Shown here: positions 28,188-32,000 of the stretch, piece after piece
Numbering within the stretch: the stretch's first letter is position 1
Layout: each line of letters starts with the position of its first letter
NCBI RefSeq assembly: GCF_000011125.1
Contig: NC_000854.2
Span: 720,001 to 752,000, forward strand
Direction of reading: 5' to 3'
Source of the DNA: Aeropyrum pernix K1
GTDB taxonomy: Archaea > Thermoproteota > Thermoprotei_A > Sulfolobales > Acidilobaceae
Length of the DNA stretch: 32,000 nt
The notes under the pieces: generated by a model
Databases searched by the model: none
What the model saw: the letters and a program-made list of their open reading frames with translations, nothing else
What the model was told of the DNA's origin: nothing
Position numbers and translations under genes: made by a program

Positions 28188-28447
28188 GTAGTTGTCCCCA
28201 ATGATTGGACTATTATTTGGTTGAGAAATATATTTAAATGTTATGGCAGTATCTTTGTTTAAACAAATAAATATGATGTACCTTATTTTTTGTATTATAA
28301 GTTGAATATTATGAAAATTATAAGTAGTGTGGCATAGATCCATAAGTTTTATATATAGCCTAGGAAGTTAAGAGTTAGCGGACGAAGATCGTTCCACAGC
28401 GAAAGGGGATTTAGATAGAAAGTTTATATCTGCTATGCATCATTAGC

Positions 28448-28762
28448 CTATTTTTCTCTTGATTCCTCTTCACCTGTAGCCTGATTCTCGTGTTTAATCT
28501 CTTGTTCCAGCTTTTTTAACTCTTCTTCAATTTCCTTTTCAATCTCCTCGATAGGTTTAGGTGGCGGTGTTGTGGCTAGTACATATCCTATCCAGGCTAG
28601 GAGGCCGAAGAAGCCTGCGACTGCTGCGAAGCCAGTAAGTTTTATCACGAACTCCCATATTTTCTCTGTGAAGAATACTAGGTAAGCATACACGATTATG
28701 ATTGCTAGAGAGCCGATTAGGAGGCCGAAGCCTACTATCCTATCGCGGTCCAAGCTAGTCAC
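28448..28762 (-). CDS. Small two-TM membrane protein with acidic/basic C-terminal helix
   Basis: 104 aa; 'IVGFGLLIGSLAIIIVYAYLVFF', 'LTGFAAVAGFFGLLAWIGYVLA', then 'EEIEKEIEEELKKLEQEIKHE'. Confidence 0.65.
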   Translation of the reverse strand: MTSLDRDRIVGFGLLIGSLAIIIVYAYLVFFTEKIWEFVIKLTGFAAVAGFFGLLAWIGYVLATTPPPKPIEEIEKEIEEELKKLEQEIKHENQATGEEESREK

Positions 28763-28873
28763 CCGATCTACACGTCTTTTTTACTATCCTTACCGTATTA
28801 GGGCAGCCACATATCTAAAATATCTTTCCTATACTAACATATTATGCTAATCATAAGGTCATGACATTTGGTA

Positions 28874-29434
28874 CTATTCGATAACTGCTTTGACGAGGCT
28901 GTATAAATAAGAAACGTTGTGTTCTATAGTGTTTGACTCTGTGTCTAGCACGAGCTGAGGGTTTTCAGGGGGTTCGTAAGGATCTGTTATGCCAGTGAAG
29001 TTTTCCAGCTCTCCCTTGAGGGCTTTCTTGTAAAGGCCCTTGGGATCTCTCCTTATTACTTCCTCGAGGCTTGCCTTGACGTATATCTCGAGGAAGGGTA
29101 TGCCCTCCTCCTCCACTATCCTCCTCACCATGTTCCGTGCCTGCTTGTAGGGGGAAACGAAGCTGCAGATGACTATAACTCCATTTCTTGCTAGGAGACG
29201 TGCTATCCACGCTATCCGCTTGAGGTGTCTAAGCCTCTCCTCTCTAGTGAAGCCCGCTCCCTCGCTGACTGTAGTCCTGGCCCAGTCTCCGTCCAGCACC
29301 TCGACCCTGTATCCTTCTTTTTGGAGGAGATCTGCCAGGCGGGTTGCTATTGTTGTCTTGCCGCTACCGGGGAGGCCGGTTAGCCAGACAACTATACCCT
29401 TTTCTATGCACTTGTAGGTGGTCAAGGCTTGCAC
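28874..29434 (-). CDS. cysC: Adenylylsulfate (APS) kinase
   Basis: 'VVWLTGLPGSGKTTIATRLADLLQKEGYRVEVLDGDWARTTVSEGAGFTREERLRHLKRIAWIARLLARNGVIVICSFVSPYKQARNMVR', 'FLEIYVKASLEEVIRRDPKGLYKKALKGELENFTGI'. Confidence 0.96.
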   Translation of the reverse strand: MQALTTYKCIEKGIVVWLTGLPGSGKTTIATRLADLLQKEGYRVEVLDGDWARTTVSEGAGFTREERLRHLKRIAWIARLLARNGVIVICSFVSPYKQARNMVRRIVEEEGIPFLEIYVKASLEEVIRRDPKGLYKKALKGELENFTGITDPYEPPENPQLVLDTESNTIEHNVSYLYSLVKAVIE

Positions 29435-29557
29435 CCTGTCAGGCCTAGCCGTGCATGTCCTTATTAGCTGTAATGTCTAGATGTTGTTTTAATATTGTTT
29501 TCCGGTCTATCCTCGGTTGCCTGCCCTCCTCGCTAACACCGGAATCCAGCGGAAACT

Positions 29558-29567
29558 ATTTATAACT
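29558..29567 (+). promoter_or_regulatory. TATA-like element for the rightward sulfate gene cluster
   Basis: 'aactatttataac' upstream of 'caggaggaggtg' (Shine-Dalgarno) and the ATG at 29617. Confidence 0.4.
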
Positions 29568-29616
29568 ATCCTAGGGTAATTCAGATGGCAGGTTAGACAG
29601 GAGGAGGTGTTTCGCT

Positions 29617-29826
29617 ATGGGTGATAAGGTAGCTATTGAGATTTCCAGGGAGCTTTATGAGAAGGCTAGGAAGTTTATAGAGGAGAACGGAGGGTTTAAG
29701 GATGTTTCCGAGCTGGTCGAGTTTCTCCTGAACGAGGCTATATCTGACGAGTCGGAGAGCGTGGGGATGACGCCCGAGGAGGAGGAGAAGGTTAAGGAGA
29801 GGCTCAGGAGCCTAGGCTATATCTAG
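29617..29826 (+). CDS. Small ribbon-helix-helix-like protein
   Basis: 69 aa 'MGDKVAIEISRELYEKARKFIEENGGFKDVSELVEFLLNEAI'; good Shine-Dalgarno sequence GGAGGAGGTG. Confidence 0.72.
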   Translation: MGDKVAIEISRELYEKARKFIEENGGFKDVSELVEFLLNEAISDESESVGMTPEEEEKVKERLRSLGYI

Positions 29827-29846
29827 CCCTCCCTGCAGGGTGTAGT

Positions 29847-30650
29847 ATGTCATTGGGGGACCTGGGCCTCCCTTACTTGTCTGCTGTTTTTATGAGCGGC
29901 TTGATAGCCTCATCCCTGGATTACGGCCTGGGCCTGGGCTTCGGCCTACTGGCTACCCCTATTCTGGTTGTTATGGGGCTTGACCCTAGGCAGGCTATAG
30001 CGGCGGCCCTAGTTGCACAGGTGATCTCGTCAGCTACTGCCCTCATTGCTTGGCGCTCCCATGGGGCCAAGCCTCCCTCAACTGATGTTCTATTAGTTTT
30101 GATAGCGTCGTCCCTTGCTGGCGTTGTTTTGGGATCCGTGTTCATGAGTCTACTTGGCGATGCAGAAGCTCTAGCCATATACACGGTAGCCCTGGCAGGT
30201 ATCGCCACACTCTACATGGCCACTGCAACAGACAGCTATAGTCTGGAGGTTAGGAGGCTAGGTAGGAGACCCATCACCATTCTAGGGGGCTTCCTGGGAG
30301 GCCTTTCAAAGGCTCTCTCAGGCGGCGGTTTCAGCCCCATATTGGTGGCGTCCCAAAGGGTCTCGGGAGTCGACTACAAGGCGTCCCTCGTGGCCATACC
30401 ACTTGTGAAGCCTCTCGCATTCTTGGCTGCCGCAGTGATATACTCTTGGGCGGGTTACATGGAGCCTTATACCGCGGCCTCGCTCACGGCCGGGAGCATA
30501 CTCGGCTCCCTGTTAGCCCCCAGGCTGTCACGCTTAATACCACGACGGTGGGCCCACGCCCTAGTAGGCCTAGCCTTGGCTGCCGCTATGTTGAAAGCTG
30601 TCTACAGGCTCACGCTTGAGTATGGGGTGCTCGGTCGGGTTGGTTTCTAG
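29847..30650 (+). CDS. TauE/SafE family anion (sulfite/sulfate-type) permease
   Basis: 'GYGLGLGFGLLATPILVVMGLDPRQAIAAALVAQVISSATALIAWRSHG' and 'ILGGFLGGLSKALSGGGFSPILVASQRVSGVDYKASLVAIPLVKPLAF' are TauE/SafE-type repeats. Confidence 0.88.
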   Translation: MSLGDLGLPYLSAVFMSGLIASSLDYGLGLGFGLLATPILVVMGLDPRQAIAAALVAQVISSATALIAWRSHGAKPPSTDVLLVLIASSLAGVVLGSVFMSLLGDAEALAIYTVALAGIATLYMATATDSYSLEVRRLGRRPITILGGFLGGLSKALSGGGFSPILVASQRVSGVDYKASLVAIPLVKPLAFLAAAVIYSWAGYMEPYTAASLTAGSILGSLLAPRLSRLIPRRWAHALVGLALAAAMLKAVYRLTLEYGVLGRVGF

Positions 30651-31791
30651 GCCTCATGGAGGGAGGCTGGTAAGGAGGGTTTTAAGCGGTAGGAGGAGGG
30701 AGATTTTCGAGTCACAGTATAGGGAGATGCCTAGGCTTGAGGTGCCTCTGGAGAGGGCTATCGACGCTGAGGACCTCGCCCGGGGGGTTTTCAGCCCTCT
30801 CGAGGGCTTTATGGTCGAGGACGACTACCTGAGTGTTCTGAGCCGTATGAGGCTATCTAACGATCTGCCATGGACCATACCTATAGTGCTTGACGCCAAT
30901 AGGGAGTGGGTTTTAAACGAGGGTGTTTCAGCGGGGGACGATATCATACTCACCTATCATGGGCTCCCGATTGCGGTATTGACGCTTGAGGACATATACT
31001 CCTGGGATAAGGGGCTTCACGCCGAGAAGGTCTTCAAAACACGTGACCCAAACCATCCTGGAGTGGAGGCGACCTACAAGAGGGGCGACATACTACTGGG
31101 AGGCAGGCTGGAGCTCATCCAAGGTCCTCCCAACCCCCTGGAGAGGTACACACTCTGGCCTGTCGAGACTAGGGTCCTCTTCAAGGAGAAGGGGTGGAGG
31201 ACGGTAGCAGCATTCCAGACAAGAAACGTACCTCACTTGGGCCACGAGTATGTTCAGAAGGCTGCTTTGACTTTCGTGGACGGGCTGCTGGTGCACCCTC
31301 TGGCTGGGTGGAAGAAGAGGGGAGACTATAGGGACGAGGTCATAATAAGGGCTTACGAGGCGCTGATAACACACTACTACCCCCGGGGTGTCGTCGTCCT
31401 CTCCGTCCTGCGGATGAACATGAACTACGCAGGCCCCCGGGAGGCGGTGCACCACGCCATAGTTAGGAAGAACTTCGGCGCCACACACTTCATCGTGGGC
31501 CGCGACCATGCGGGGGTCGGGAGCTACTACGGCCCCTACGAGGCGTGGGAGATCTTCCGAGAGTTCCCCGACCTAGGTATAACACCACTCTTCGTACGGG
31601 AGGCCTACTACTGTAGGAGGTGCGGTGGCATGGTTAATGAGAAGGTCTGCCCCCATGGGGACGAGTATAGGGTGAGGATAAGCGGGACAAGATTGAGGGA
31701 GATGCTGGGCAGGGGCGAGAGGCCGCCTGAGTATATGATGAGACCTGAGGTTGCCGACGCGATAATATCCCATCCCGATCCGTTCATATAA
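30616..31791 (+). CDS. sat: Sulfate adenylyltransferase (ATP sulfurylase)
   Basis: 'AFQTRNVPHLGHEYVQKAAL', 'DGLLVHPLAGWKKRGDYRDEV', 'GATHFIVGRDHAGVGSYYGPYEAWEIF', 'RISGTRLREMLGRGERPPEYMMRPEV'. The true start may be an internal GTG/TTG shortly downstream. Confidence 0.97.
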   Translation: MSMGCSVGLVSRPHGGRLVRRVLSGRRREIFESQYREMPRLEVPLERAIDAEDLARGVFSPLEGFMVEDDYLSVLSRMRLSNDLPWTIPIVLDANREWVLNEGVSAGDDIILTYHGLPIAVLTLEDIYSWDKGLHAEKVFKTRDPNHPGVEATYKRGDILLGGRLELIQGPPNPLERYTLWPVETRVLFKEKGWRTVAAFQTRNVPHLGHEYVQKAALTFVDGLLVHPLAGWKKRGDYRDEVIIRAYEALITHYYPRGVVVLSVLRMNMNYAGPREAVHHAIVRKNFGATHFIVGRDHAGVGSYYGPYEAWEIFREFPDLGITPLFVREAYYCRRCGGMVNEKVCPHGDEYRVRISGTRLREMLGRGERPPEYMMRPEVADAIISHPDPFI

Positions 31792-31815
31792 TAAACCGTA
31801 GGCTGTAGGAGACCA

Positions 31816-32000
31816 CTATACTGCCCCCCTCCCTCTATCCTTCATATGTGACTCGAGGCCGTAGTGGGCTAGTATAATCTCTTTAACCCTTTGTATAGGT
31901 ACGGTACTATCTTTCACGGCCTCCTTTAGTACGTCTGCATTCCCTCCTATGATGCCGTGCCAGTCGTGGACGGCGTCGTCGGGGCCTCTATCGTTTTCCT
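31816..32000 (-). CDS. C-terminal part of an unidentified protein, truncated by the window edge
   Basis: Open minus-strand frame '...ENDRGPDDAVHDWHGIIGGNADVLKEAVKDSTVPIQRVKEIILAHYGLESHMKDRGRGAV*' with its stop at 31816-31818; translated by hand, not in the supplied ORF track. Confidence 0.5.
   Translation of the reverse strand, partial: ENDRGPDDAVHDWHGIIGGNADVLKEAVKDSTVPIQRVKEIILAHYGLESHMKDRGRGAV

Noticed and set aside
28188-28343. N-terminal part of the 195-aa ORF 27756-28343
   Set aside because: It is A+T-rich, lacks protein-like character, and precedes a much better start at 'MERSPGG' (28187).

Overview
The window is archaeal and consistent with Aeropyrum or a close crenarchaeal relative, judged from protein families, high-G+C flanks and gene order, with no database search. 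Left flank (1-7.9 kb, G+C-rich): a THUMP/SPOUT-type protein (5'-truncated), a radical SAM protein, an RNase P Pop5-like protein, a YchF-type TGS GTPase, SBDS/SDO1, a metallophosphoesterase and two membrane/exported proteins. Centre (8.0-27.7 kb): a surface-glycan biosynthesis island, much of it A+T-rich. It carries a Wzx-like flippase, rfbC/rfbD/rfbB/rfbA for dTDP-rhamnose, a type I phosphodiesterase, a methyltransferase, three GT2-type and three GT4-type glycosyltransferases, a 770-aa multi-pass membrane protein and a frameshifted FkbM methyltransferase. Right flank: two small conserved-looking ORFs and a divergent sulfate-activation cluster (cysC / RHH protein - TauE/SafE - sat). The best non-coding find is an unannotated archaeal C/D box sRNA on the minus strand (about 2940-2995). 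It has a TATA element at the right distance, and its D guide matches the conserved CGUCGUGAG segment of the 23S rRNA peptidyl-transferase centre. Other points of interest are a broken pilin-like gene, an inverted repeat abutting the flippase TATA box, a Pop5-like ORF with a predicted transmembrane N-terminal extension, and four long gene-free gaps in the glycan island. I found no convincing wholly new multi-gene system.
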